A program made the position numbers and the translations under genes. Positions 37,375 through 49,551 of a stretch of 64,000 bases of DNA are shown here, in pieces; the stretch's first letter is position 1, and every line of letters begins with the position of its first letter. A model generated the notes under the pieces. The model saw only the letters and a list, made by a program, of their open reading frames with translations, made no database searches and had not been told where the DNA came from. The DNA is from Rhizodiscina lignyota (Eukaryota): contig ML978130.1 of assembly GCA_010015805.1 (NCBI GenBank), positions 62,001 to 126,000 on the forward strand, read 5' to 3'.

Positions 37375-40121
37375 TCATTCCAGCCTCTCTGCTAGCATCT
37401 CCCAGCAAGCCTCACTGCCCGTACGACCAATCTGCCTGAGACCGGCGATGATAAAATGGTTGAGCTTATCAAATTCCTTGGATGCCTTGCGAACTCTCTC
37501 GGGAAACGACCCTTCCAGAATGCCAACGTGCTCTGTATCAGCATCATATTCATCTCCACCCTCACTAGCGCCATCTTCAGCGTCAAGATCTGGTTCAGAA
37601 TCGCTCTCCTCGTGCAATGCAGCTGCCTGAAGCGCTGACCGGCGCCGTCTCTGCTTCTGTCTGGCGGTGAAGCTGTTTTCACCCTGAGAGCTGTTTGATT
37701 TGTGCAATGACGTGTGCGTGTCAGAAAAGGCGACTACCAGATCCAGAATCTGTATAATCGCTTTGTGGAATGGTGAAAAGTTCTTTGCAAGCAGGCATTG
37801 CGCCTCGAGTTTCTGCACGTACGCTTGATGCGCTGATGCCATAGTGTCAACATCGTCAGCTTCCGCTAGTTCCTTGCGCATCTGCGCGGTTGAAATGCCA
37901 ATGACTGTCTCAGTGAGGTAGTCTTGAAGAGTATCGACAAAACGGGACATCCGGAAGCGCAGAAGATGGGTGGTTCTGATTCTGTGATTGGCAGCCAGGC
38001 TCACGAATGCGAGTCTTCGGAGGAGATATGCGGCTCGGTATACCTGTAAAAGGAGAGCAAAGACCTTTTGATATGTCGGCATTGAATGCTTGCGGATGAT
38101 GTTTGCTATTGGCCATGGTAGCTACATTGATTAGCTCGCGCAGATATCCAAGTGTTAAAGGCTCCTTACTGGATAGTCGATCAAGATTGTCCCTAACCGT
38201 CTCACACTTCTTATTCTAGCTTTGTTTGGCAGTGTTCGTATACTGATATTCTCGGTGTCCACGGGACTCACTCCACTATATATGGCCTCCATCAGATCGT
38301 TGGCGAGGAATCGATCGTCCCAAGAACGTGACCGATTATCCAACTTCTCAAACAGTGTGTCGGCAAAAGCTTGGAAGAGCGCTCCATTTCTTGACAAAAA
38401 CAGAAATTCAAGCGCGTCGAGAGACCTTGAAAGTCCACAGTCCTTGAAAAGCTGCTGTTTTACTGTAACCGAAGCCACGGTATGTTTGCTGTCGACCCAT
38501 TCATTGAAGGCAGTTGCAAAGGTTTCCGCAAACGGTAAGAGGTCCCCGTCCGAGGATGATTTACAGACAGAGTGGTAGTCCAGAGATGGCTCCAGCAACA
38601 TTGTTGTATCTTGATCTTGGTCAATTTCTAAGGACTTCCGAAAGACAATAGTTTTCCCAGTATTGAAAATGCGCTTGAATGAAGCACGCAAGAAGTGCGG
38701 TGCATGCAGCTCGCCGGAAGAATCCAAGCGCAACGAGAACCGGTTGTGCCAAAGTGATGAGAGATCTGAGATCTTCTGATTTTCCTGAACAAAGAAGACA
38801 CGATCATCTTTGTCGATATGGCCGTCCTCCATCCATCCACGTATAGGCCGCAAATACACCTGCAGACAAGTAAAGAAGATTATTCCAAGCTCTTCAAATG
38901 TCGCAGGGTCTTCAGTTAGCTGAGCAAGGCAGACACGATCAAATAAGAGCTCTAAGCATTGTAGGGGATATAGACGAGTGCTCAAATCCTCTGTCAAGCC
39001 TTGCAACTGGAGCAATGGCCGGGCCAGAATCTCTGCGTCGGTGCAAATTTCAATAATGCTTACAACAGCACAGCCCTTTTCGTCCATGAATTTGCGCTCG
39101 ATGGTGGAGACGCTCCTGTCGAATGCCCAGATCCTTCGACATATTGCGTCCTGGAAACTCTGCAAGAGAGCAACACTATGTTGTTCGCGTGACCAAACTC
39201 GCAGCGCATTGACGCGTGATCCCAGTCCAGCCAGTTCCTTTAGCAGCACAGCAGTAGAGGCCGAGGAGCTTTGTGGGAGTGCGACAGATTCTTTGAAGCG
39301 CACGATACCAGTCTCACTCTCCAAGTCAAAGACCGTAGTTGGAAGTCCGCGAAGCATGAAGAGCGTTTCACGAACAACCATAAGCTCAGTGATTCCTATG
39401 CTCAGCAGCTCTCCACCAAAGTCCTCCGAATGTGAAGACAAAGACTTAAAAGGCTTCTGAGCACGGCGAATCTTTTCGATATGGGTTGCATCTGGAACGA
39501 TACTGAACTGTTGCACAGAGGCTACAAGATCATCCTCGGCGATGCTTGTAGCGGGCGTATCTTTCGCGGCTTCCTGCTCTTCATCCACATAGAAGCTATC
39601 TTCGTCAGACGATCCATGCGCAGCATAATCGATATCATCCCAAACGCCCTCCTCAGTCAGCGGGTCTTCTCTAAGTATGTCCTGCCACGTCAGTTGCGGC
39701 GGTGGAACAGGCGGTCTCAACCTGTCCAAGTCACTCAGAGTCGTCTTCTCGAGCGGCCGATCCGAGAGTTCCAGTAACAGCGAGAGAATCTCCGGGGTCC
39801 ATTTCGTCGATAGCGGTTGTAGTTTCTTTAGACGTAGATCCAGCGCTTCTGCTAAGTCTTCTCGATATAGAATTTGGAATTTCTCGACCACGCCATCCAG
39901 AGTTTTGTGAACTTCAAATTGGTTTGTTCGAGCATATTGCTGCGTACGAAATGCTCTGACAGCGCCTTCTCTGACCCTTTTGAATGCGGCAGCATCTTTC
40001 TGTGATTGATTTCAGTCTATGTGTGCACACGATTACAACGCCAACATACGCTTGTGGAGAGGCCGGTGAGGGATGCAACCAGCTCTCCAGAAAGCGCCGA
40101 CACGGTAGAGGTGTGCGCCAT
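37375..40121 (-). CDS. GCP5: Gamma-tubulin complex component, Spc97/Spc98 family (GCP5/Mod21-like)
   Basis: ATG 40121 (MAHTSTV). Introns 40000-40049 and 38122-38169. Motifs ARTNQFEV..LDGVVEKF, PEILSLLLELSDRP, ITELMVVRETLFMLRGLP, WDDRFL and YPLPWPIANII..YQKVF. Confidence 0.85.
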
Positions 40122-40361
40122 CTGTGTGATTCTCACATCTTCATGTATTTTGGTTGCGCGCCAACACCTTCATGCTTTCATCGCGTCCTGAGGGCGACGC
40201 GACTTGCCGAAGAAAGCCCGATCCCCATGCAAGTCAGGGTGTCAGGCCAGGTCAGGGACCCCTACCAGCAATCTCGCCATGACGATAACTGGGCCGCCGA
40301 CGACGACCTCTTGCCTAGGAAAAGTCTTGAAGCAGTTCCAATGCTTCCATTATAGCCCACC

Positions 40362-41714
40362 ATGGCCATTTCAAAGTCAATTCGCTTCCTGGGCGTGGCA
40401 ACCGTCGTCCTGTGCATATGGCTGGTCCTGCAGGTCTTCAGGACAGATGGGGGAGGGAAGCTTGGGAAGATACAAAAGATGGATAAGGATCCGTTGTTAG
40501 ACAGTGCGACAGAACATTTGTCCTCTTTGCAATTTCAGATGCTGATACTTTCCAGTTACTGGCGAGCCAGAAGAACCCTTACAGCGAGTCGACGGAGACA
40601 ATTATGCGCCGGATAATCCGAAATCAGCGCGACGCAATGCAACTCTGCTCAGTTTGGTGCGCAACAGCGAATTGGAGGATATGCTCATGTCCATGCGGGA
40701 CCTGGAGCGCACATTCAACAGCAAGTTCAACTATCCATGGCTGTTTTTGAACGACAAGCCGTTCACGCAGGATTTCATGGACGCGATACGGAAGGAAACA
40801 AAAGCTGAGGTTCGATTTGGTATGGCTTAGCAAGCGCTTCTCCCATGCACTTCACCGCGGTTTTGACTAATACTAGCCTATAGAGCAAGTACCGAAAGAG
40901 CACTGGGAAGTTCCTCCCTGGATTAACAACGACCTGTACCTCGAATCCGTCCAACTCCTCCTCTCCCAAAATGTACAATACATGTCGAAGGTCTCCTACC
41001 ACCAAATGTGCCGCTGGAACAGTGGCTTCTTCTACAAGCACCCAGCGCTCCTCAACACTCGATACTACTGGCGCGTCGAGCCGCATGTACACTTCTTCTG
41101 CGACATCGATTACGACGTATTCGCATGGATGGAAGACCACAATAAAACGTATGGGTTCACGGTCAATATATACGATAGCCCCGAGAGCGTACAAGGCTTG
41201 TGGCCTGAGACGCAAAAATTCATGGCGGAGCATAAAGAATGGTTAGCGCCGAATAATGCGATTAAGTGGTTGCAAGATAACGAGGTGAGACCGGATAATC
41301 ATAGGGTTGCAAATGGGTATTCAACGTGCCATTTCTGGAGCAACTTTGAGATTGGCGACATGGATTTCTGGAGGGGTCCGGCATATGAAGCGTATTTCAA
41401 TCATCTGGATCGTGCAGGTGGATTCTTTTACGAAAGATGGGGAGATGCACCGGTTCATTCGATTGGGCTGGGCCTGTTCGAGGATGCTAGTAAAATTCAC
41501 TGGTATGTTCTCTTCGAAACGCCGAAAGCAGATCTGACTGATACTAACGTTCGACAGGTTCCGTGATATTGGGTACCAGCATATTCCATTTTTCAATTGT
41601 CCAAATTCACCAAAGTGTAAGGGTTGCCAACCCGGGCGTTTCACGGATGGCGAACAGTGGCTTCATAGAGAGGACTGCAGGCCGAATTGGTTCAAATACG
41701 TCGGTCAGGGTTGA
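40362..41714 (+). CDS. KRE2/MNT1/KTR-family alpha-1,2-mannosyltransferase (GT15)
   Basis: Type II anchor. Motifs NATLLSLVRN, FNYPW, SYHQMCRWNSGFFY, YYWRVEP, CHFWSNFEI and YERWGDAPVHS. Introns 40504-40555, 40820-40883 and 41503-41557. Confidence 0.93.
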
Positions 41715-41980
41715 GAGCCTTTACAAACACAAGATTGGGTTGGAGGATGGGAAACTTCTTTATGGTGCACCTGGAGCTTTATGCTTGATGTCGTTACTTG
41801 GCGATGTAGCGACTGTACAGTACGAATACTGGGAGGGTACTTGGCAACGACCTGCCACGCGAATGACATAGGAATCAACACAGCAATGATATATTCACAA
41901 TAAGTTTTGTTGTTGCGCATCGACAGATCCCGTATCCACTTCTGGTGCCACTGAGCAGGAAGAGGGTGCATATTAGTACC

Positions 41981-42025
41981 TGAGACCGTTTGAGACCGTT
42001 TGAGACCGTTTGAGACCGTTTGAGA
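41981..42025. repeat. Minisatellite (TGAGACCGTT) x 4.5 between convergent genes
   Basis: Four perfect 10-bp units plus TGAGA read directly. Confidence 0.95.
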
Positions 42026-42146
42026 ACAATCAGATAATGTGACATTTGTACATGGTTTGTTTTGGTCCACGGTTGCCAAAGTCGCCCCTCTCTACCCTCA
42101 ACTCTCCACAATCAGAACTTAGAATACATCGGCCTCGAAGACTCAT

Positions 42147-42893
42147 CTATTTTGCTTCAGGATACATGCTCTCCTTCAGCATCACGCCCAGCTCTTCCCG
42201 CAACGGCTCCAACTCCTTCAAGTACTCGTCATACTGTCCCTGGTTCTCGACTTTCGCTTTGATACCTAGAAGTACGTCAATCCTGTTTCACACCGTCTCT
42301 CCCAGCAGAAACATAAGAGAAAAGAGCTATACCTTCGAATATCCGCACGGCCGTAGGGAAGTCGTTTACGCGACGTGCTGCTTTGAGAGCAGCTGTGATG
42401 ACGGCGGGAGATGGGACGAGGTCGTATGCGAAGGCGTTGTTAAGGTTGCGCTGCAGTTCGAAGACGTCTTGCACGCCATCGAACTCCTTCTCGTATCTGT
42501 TCCAACCAGGACGGATCAGCCAATTACTCCAAAAGAACTCGGCAACCACCAAGTCCAAGTACTCAATCAACAATCCCACTCCGTTACATTCATCACCGAG
42601 CATATAGCTCATCCAATTCTAGACTGGAGTGTCCAGGACTCTTCCTGCCGCATGAATGCCGCTTCTCCTGTATCGCGTAATATCCCACCACAACGGAGCC
42701 ATTGACACCGCCAACCAGTTTCAAAAGAGAAGTCCTACCTGGCACTGAACTCCTCGAAGCTCTCCTCGCCGTGTTCGTTCCTCCTCACGTTCGTCGTGGT
42801 GAACTTTCTCCGACTGCACCAAGCAGCCGAGACGGTCGCCGGTCGGCGGAGGACGGGCCTCGCGCGGATGGCCACGCGGAGTATTGGCGACAT
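42147..42893 (-). CDS. COX6: Cytochrome c oxidase subunit 6 (Va), mitochondrial
   Basis: Arg-rich presequence, then EESFEEFSAR|YEKEF..FELQRNLNNAFAYDLVPSPAVI..ARRVNDFPTAVRIFEG|IKAKVEN. Introns 42497-42738 and 42266-42332. Confidence 0.95.
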
Positions 42894-43863
42894 TGAGGAG
42901 GTAGTCAATGTGCTGTATCGAGGGAAGAAGGGCTATCGAGGTAGATATAGTGGGAGAGTGAGCCGGGCAATTGAGGGAAAGTGATGGCGTGAGGTTGGAT
43001 GGAGCTCCGAGCTAAGCTCGAAGCAAAGCAGCGGAAAAAGCTTGGCCAAAAGGGAACGCAGTTCCTGAAGTGGCTTGCACGTGACTGGCGACGGCCCATC
43101 AAGTGGGAATTAGTTCTCGTACGAAAGCTGCGCCATTATGATTAAGCATTCAATTATACTCAATTGGCTATGCAACTTTTACATCGTGATTCCTTTCTCC
43201 AGGTGGAGCCTTGAGTCGTGTCCCTGTCGACGCGAATGGGTTTGAGCGCTATGAACTATTGCTCTCTCACGCTCTCAGCTGCACATACTTTGATTGGAAT
43301 GTATTCGCATGATATTTCTTCTTGATTATGAAGATCTCTTCAATGATAGAGTAATAAAAAGTCGGCTGCGAAGAATTTGTCGGACCTTTTTGGACACCGC
43401 TGCCTGCATATACATGCTCTACATGGTCGTGGAAGAGCACGCATTCGCATCTCACGTTTCGCATTACGAACTATTATTCCGTTTGCTCAATACCGAGTGG
43501 ACATAAGCACTCGAATCAGAGAGACTCCTTACCAAACGAACCGACGTGTAGCGACATTGACGATGCATGGAACCGCACTGTAGAATTTCCTTCGTTTGGT
43601 CACAGTCGTGAGCGTTTGTTCCTCCGTTGTAAATATGTATTACTTGTAAGTTCTCTAGAGCATGTTCAATCACATCAACACAAGAATAGCATATATTTCG
43701 CTTTTCATACCCCCTTTTCTTTCTCTTCATACACCTATTTCTTTGATCACGGCTGAGACGCAACGCTCTTGGACAAACTGGACTTCACTCGAACCTCCGA
43801 AGACAATACCGGACTCTAGTCACCACCACCATTTTCTCCTCGATAATAATCCGTGTGATCAAC

Positions 43864-45058
43864 ATGGCCACAGACACATCCCGTGATGAATACCTATTCG
43901 AAGTCAAAGAGTCACCGGGAAAGGGACTCGGTGTGTTCGTGAAGGCCGACATTCCTAGAGGCACACGAATTCTGTCGGAGTCACCAGTGCTCACACAAAC
44001 CAGTTGTGTGGTGAACTGCAAGCAACTTCAGGATGATGTTGCTCGCCTCTCACGAGTTCAAACAGATGAATTCGTAGAGCTAAATGACTGTGGGAGCGAG
44101 CAGAACAAACGCATTACATCTCTTATCGAGCGAGGCAATGTCAAAACGTTCGGTGTCGGCCTTGGACCGATCTTTCGAGCAACACTGGGGATCTGGCTGT
44201 CTAATGTGTTCAGTCTCGTTGAAGACAAGACTATTACCGATACCGAAAGGTTCCTCAAGGGATTGTGTCTCATCGGATCGCGATTCAACCACTCGTGCAC
44301 ACCGAATACCAGCAATACGTACAATACTACGGCGGGAAAGATGAATTTCCACACTCTCAGGAGCGTCAAGAAGGGAGAAGAGCTTGCAATCAGCTACATG
44401 CCTATCATTACAGTGCCGTACGCGGACCGCAACCGCAAGTTCGAAGGGATCTGGAGCTTCAAATGTGCATGTCCAACCTGCAGAGAAGTTGAGTCTACTA
44501 CTTTGAAGGGGAAAGAGAAAGAGGCAAAGCAGGGCTGTTGTGTCGAAGTTGGAGGACACCCTTGTCCAACTTGCGCAGCAAGGGCTCGCGATGAATGGAA
44601 GCCTGATCGACAAGTGCCTCAAGATCGTAGAAACGATCGTCAAACACAACGAACGCGAAGGATTGCAGGTGAAGCTTAGACCTACGTAAGTCTCTTATGT
44701 GTCACCTTTTATTGCGTCATCTGGCATGAATACTAACACTTGGTAAAGGTACGTCTGGGCTACCTATCTTTGTCTTGCAGGAGGTGACCTGAAGATGGCG
44801 CTCTTCTGGGCGATAAAGACAGTGCTTCTCGATCTATGGCATTACGGCGAAGACTATCACCTTTATCACGAAGACTGCCTGGTCGTCAGACAGCTACGAC
44901 CTGTTGCCCACTTGCACGGCTGCCACCACGTATCTACCTCCTTGCTGGATTACATCTCCACGCGTGTACGGCCTTTGAAGCAGGAGCTGCAGCGGGACGT
45001 CATCCTTGATCTTCCCACAGAGCAATTGGGAAATTTGGAGTTAGTGGAGGTGAAGTAG
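43864..45058 (+). pseudogene. SET-domain (SMYD/Set5-like) lysine methyltransferase gene with an internal +1 frameshift (pseudogene or sequence error)
   Basis: SPGKGLGVF, SRFNHSCTPN, GEELAISY and post-SET FKCACPTC motifs. The helical C-terminal part continues in the +1 frame after ~44507, through intron 44686-44748, to the stop at 45058. Confidence 0.65.
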
Positions 45059-45659
45059 AGGGAGGGAGATGGCAGGTGTGGAGACTTGGAGTCGTAAGCT
45101 CGCAAAAATGGCAAATGTCTTGAAAGCCACCCGGCGTTAAGTTATCGCATGCATTGGTATGCACAAATCAAATCAAATTTCCACATCCACAATCGAGCAA
45201 TTAGCATCCAATTTTGAGTCGCTTTTCATTCTATTAAAACAATTGTATGAAGGCCCCCACCATGGCCGCGAAAGCCGCCTTTCAAACCGCTTGACGAGAG
45301 TAACAACACCGCCCAATGATGCATTACCACTTCCGTCACCTTCCCTGAACCCATGATGATCCGTATCTTATAAGTATTGTACATCTATGATGAGGATCTA
45401 GCATCTATAGATCGCTCGATTAGAAGACATACAGATGCAACATAAAACCAGCCGTGGCTCGCCGAGCCCAGTGCCCAATTAAGAAAGAGATGCTGCATAG
45501 CTCTTGACTTTTGCCTTCCATTCAGTGACTCCATCTCGTAGCAGAATATTCCCGTCGCCTCGTGTCCGCGAGAGCATTGCTTCCTCGCTACAGATTGCGA
45601 ATGCCCCCGTTCTTGGTCCCTTCCCGTCCCCCTGTCTACACAACGAATTTTCGAAGCGT

Positions 45660-46882
45660 TTATGCCTTCCTTGACCTTGTAGCGTAACGTCCAGGAGTAT
45701 CAACGCTCGTCGCAGCTCCGTTCTGCTCCTTCGGCTTTGACAAAGTCGCTGAGCCACCGCTAAACCTCCTCCTTGTCTCACTAACAGTCGGGACCTTCTC
45801 ATCCTTCATTTCAATGAGTGCGCTAGTGGCCCTTCCTCGGCGCTTGACGGCCGAAGCAGGTTTCTTGTAGGTTGCTAGGTAGAAGGAGATGAACAGGAGC
45901 AGGTAGGACGAGAGGATGCAGATACCCGCGATGGCGGCGAACTCCTCGCCCGCACAAGAGCCTGCATTGGGCATCCAGTCCCAGTATGTGTGTGTGAAGT
46001 AAGTATATGACGCAAAGTAGATGAAGCCTGGAGCGCTTGTCAGCTCAGTTATTTATTTGACAATTTTGATAGCCTTACCGAGATCAAGTATGAACTGTAT
46101 GATCTGCATGATGGTAATATACTGCTTCCACCAGATGCGGATGCCGCGTGCGCTCTGGAAGTAGTACCAGTACATGACAACGTGCACGGTCAAGTTGAGG
46201 GTGATCGGAACCCATGAGACGGAGGTGTGACCGACGAGCTGGGTGTAGCAGAGGAGAGCGGTCGCACCGTGGTGGTAGGTGTGGAGGAAAGCTAAGTGTT
46301 GTCAGAAGTGATCATAGTAGAACATGAGAATAGATAATATGCATACTCAGAGGCTTCTTCTTCAAGCACAGGAAGACGGTGTCGATGAGCTCGAGGTATT
46401 TGGTCAGGTAGTTGAGCTGTGGATTCAGTTAGCCTGCCTTCATTTTCAATGGTTCGCGAGTGCCATACATAGTACAAGACAACCATTTTGTCCGTCCAGC
46501 CACCAGCATGTGCACAAATTGCATAGAAGACACCGTTCCTCGCAAGTGTAGGGACCAATTGCTCCACAAACAAAACCAGCAATATCCCGCTGATAATGGT
46601 GAGGTACAGATTGTGGATCTTGAAGAGGCCATTGAGCTTCACAGGTTCGCGATCGCGCATGAGCTCCCGTCCGCCGAAGATGATGATGTAGTAGCTCAGC
46701 AGCATGATGATTGTCTCGGTCAGTGTGCCCATCGGCGTCTTGCCAGGCACGAAGCGGAAGTTTTGCGGTTTGTAGCCCTTCACAGCCTCAAAGGCTGCTT
46801 CGAAGATGGGCCAGAGCTGGACGCCGAACGGGCGGTCGAGCGTCGGCGCTCCATACTGGAGCCAGGAGGGTTGCGACACCAT
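45660..46882 (-). CDS. Very-long-chain fatty acid elongase (GNS1/SUR4/ELO family)
   Basis: ATG 46882. Motifs [24 protein letters not shown] and [12 protein letters not shown]. Introns 46417-46468, 46292-46346 and 46028-46078. Confidence 0.95.
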
Positions 46883-47619
46883 CGTTGCGCCTGTATGTAT
46901 TATTGTTGAGAAAAGGTGCGTGGTTGGAGTCGAGTTGACGAGGGTCCAATTTTTGTATGCGGGAGCGGCGGAATTCGATGGATCGCGCGGATGCAACAGA
47001 CGTCACTGCTGCAGCTGACAGGGCCAATGTTATATAAAGGAGTGACAAGAAGGTAGAGAAGCGAAGACGCGTTGCGCGCGCGAAAGCAGTGAGGAATCGC
47101 AGCAGAAGAGGTTGGATTTGGGTGTTGCAGGCGGAAAGGGGGATGGATGGCACTCTGCTCTCGTGGTCGTTGTCAATTTCCGAGGCGAGGCTTGGCGCCC
47201 CAGACTGCCATCCGTCATCCCATCCAACCCATCCAATCAGTGCCAACCGAGGCACGCGACCCTTATGCCCCTATGTATAACGGCCGTATTTCAAACGTCT
47301 AGCGTCACCTCTAAATGCACGAAGCATTGACCGGATCGGAATGGACACGTTTTGCATTGTACGTGGCCTTCCAGCTTGCCATGCGCCTTTCGAACGAACG
47401 GCCAACATGTTGGACTGTGTGCACCAACATCTTTATCCAGCCAATAATCGTTGCCTACATAGACAGCAGGCGGCCGCTTAGCATCTTTCAACTGACGGAC
47501 CTTAGGGTTTACATATAGTGAGTACCTCCCACTGGAGCTTTTACTCTCGTCAACCTCGACCACTAGCTCTTACTTAGAAACTACAGTCATGCGTCGACAC
47601 TATTAGTCCTTCCATACCA

Positions 47620-49551
47620 ATGGCGATGGATGAGCGCAAGAATTCCCCCTCGCTTCTAGACAGAACGTTCTGTCCCCACTGTGGAAATTTGGACTGGAGA
47701 TCCGCTGAGCTCGACGTAAACCCGCGTTTATGTAAAAGATCCGTCTTTCGAAAGACAAGCGAAAACTGCAGATTCTGTGGTTTAATCTATAAAGCTTCTA
47801 GTCTCCTCATCAATCCAAACGGGCAAGAAGTGAAGCCCTTTGAATCCTTCACGTTATCCCTATATCAGAAATGTCCTCCCCGGCTTCAGGCAGACGAAGA
47901 CTTGTTATTCTTCGAGGTCTCCATCTTTGGGGCTGTGCCAGACGTCCTCACATGGGGCATCCTCCCATATCTCCCCCCATTGCCGCAGGATCCCGCTTCG
48001 GATCGGACTTTTTCTTTTGTTAGACGACAGATCGAAGATTGCTCATTACATCATGACGAGTGCCGCATCCGCCGTGCCACCACAGCCCCGAAAAGACTTC
48101 TTAGTGTTTCGGCAGACAACGGGCGTATCAGACTTGCCCGTTCTGATACACATAGCCGGGAGAAATATGCGACTTTGAGTTATTGCTGGGGTGGGGATCA
48201 AGGTCTGAAACTGACCAAGGCAGATGAAGTATTCTTCCAAGAGCACATCGAATGGGGGCAGTTAACGCCGCTGCATCAGGATGCTGTGACTCTGTGCAGA
48301 CGACTAGATATACCCTTTTTATGGATCGACGCATTTTGCATCTGCCAGGACGATATGGATGACTGGAGGGAAGAATCAGCTCATATGGCTGACATATACG
48401 AGAATGCCTGTATTACCATCTTCGCAGCTGCTTGTTCAAGCCCGAGAGATTCATTCTTGATTCCGCACACTTGCGTTCAAAAAGAACTTGTACAAGAAGA
48501 CGGAGCCAGCTCTTCACCACTCGTCCTAGCTCGTCGACGGTTACTTTATGGGCTACACTGCACTGAATCTGCTTTCGTGGACCCATTAGAGCGTCGAGCC
48601 TGGGCATTTCAAGAATTTCAACTGCCTCGAAGGATTCTGATATACACGTCTGAAGAAGTCCAGTGGAGCTGTAGAATGACAACAGCTTGCGAGTGTGCTG
48701 ACGACTATGGACATGTCGATCCGCGAAATTCACTGTACCGTGGCAGGCTCAATTCGGACCGAATGGAGATATTTTCTCTTTGGCGGGACATGGTCGCGCG
48801 GTATTCGGAATGCTCGATGACGCACCAACGAGACAAACTCGTGGCGCTATCAGGCCTCGCATCTAGAATCGGCGAAATGCTGGAGTCTCCCTACCTTGCC
48901 GGCTTATGGAAAGTCAATTTGATTCATGACCTCCTGTGGAAAATGGATCGCAGTTTCTCAGGCTTGCAACCTTCCCCACAAGCGTACCGGGCGCCGACTT
49001 GGTCATTAGCTTCTGTAAATGGTCGCATTGAATGGCTGAGTTCGACAACTAGCGAACCCACCAGAGAAATACTCGTTGCGCTTGAAGAGGTAAATTGCAC
49101 GCCCAAAGGTGGCCAAACTTACGGCGAAGTTTCAGACGGATATCTGCGAGTAACAGGGCGACTTGTAGCGGGCACTCTAGACATTGGCGGTGACAACAGA
49201 CATGCTTTACAAATCCTTACTCCATTTGGCTTCGCCGCTAATGAGCGTTTTTTGAACTTCGCTTTCGACACGATTCTTACAAACACCAAAATACAGCAGG
49301 AGTCCGGTCAGCTCTTCTACACGGCTTGCCGCTCCAAAACAACCTCTCCGCAAAGTTTCAGTTCAGCTCATGTCAATTGTTTACCAGTCTTGCGCGATAG
49401 TACGGAGTGGCAGCATATACTGCTTTTGGCTCAGTCCGCACGTAGACCCGGTTTTTATGAAAGGATTGGACTCGCTTGGTGTGATGTGGGATATATGGAG
49501 TTCAATAAGTATGTGGATGGGCTCCCATGGCAGAGTATCACCATAATTTAA
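47620..49551 (+). CDS. Heterokaryon incompatibility (HET) domain protein
   Basis: Intronless. Motifs PKRLL, YATLSYCWGG, LWIDAFCICQDD..DW..ESAHMADIYENA, RAWAFQE, DKLVALSGLA, YLAGLW, APTWS and YERIG. Confidence 0.93.
   Translation: MAMDERKNSPSLLDRTFCPHCGNLDWRSAELDVNPRLCKRSVFRKTSENCRFCGLIYKASSLLINPNGQEVKPFESFTLSLYQKCPPRLQADEDLLFFEVSIFGAVPDVLTWGILPYLPPLPQDPASDRTFSFVRRQIEDCSLHHDECRIRRATTAPKRLLSVSADNGRIRLARSDTHSREKYATLSYCWGGDQGLKLTKADEVFFQEHIEWGQLTPLHQDAVTLCRRLDIPFLWIDAFCICQDDMDDWREESAHMADIYENACITIFAAACSSPRDSFLIPHTCVQKELVQEDGASSSPLVLARRRLLYGLHCTESAFVDPLERRAWAFQEFQLPRRILIYTSEEVQWSCRMTTACECADDYGHVDPRNSLYRGRLNSDRMEIFSLWRDMVARYSECSMTHQRDKLVALSGLASRIGEMLESPYLAGLWKVNLIHDLLWKMDRSFSGLQPSPQAYRAPTWSLASVNGRIEWLSSTTSEPTREILVALEEVNCTPKGGQTYGEVSDGYLRVTGRLVAGTLDIGGDNRHALQILTPFGFAANERFLNFAFDTILTNTKIQQESGQLFYTACRSKTTSPQSFSSAHVNCLPVLRDSTEWQHILLLAQSARRPGFYERIGLAWCDVGYMEFNKYVDGLPWQSITII

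Noticed and set aside
41981..42025. CRISPR-like array interpretation of the tandem repeat
   Set aside because: 10-bp units with no spacers, in a eukaryotic genome.
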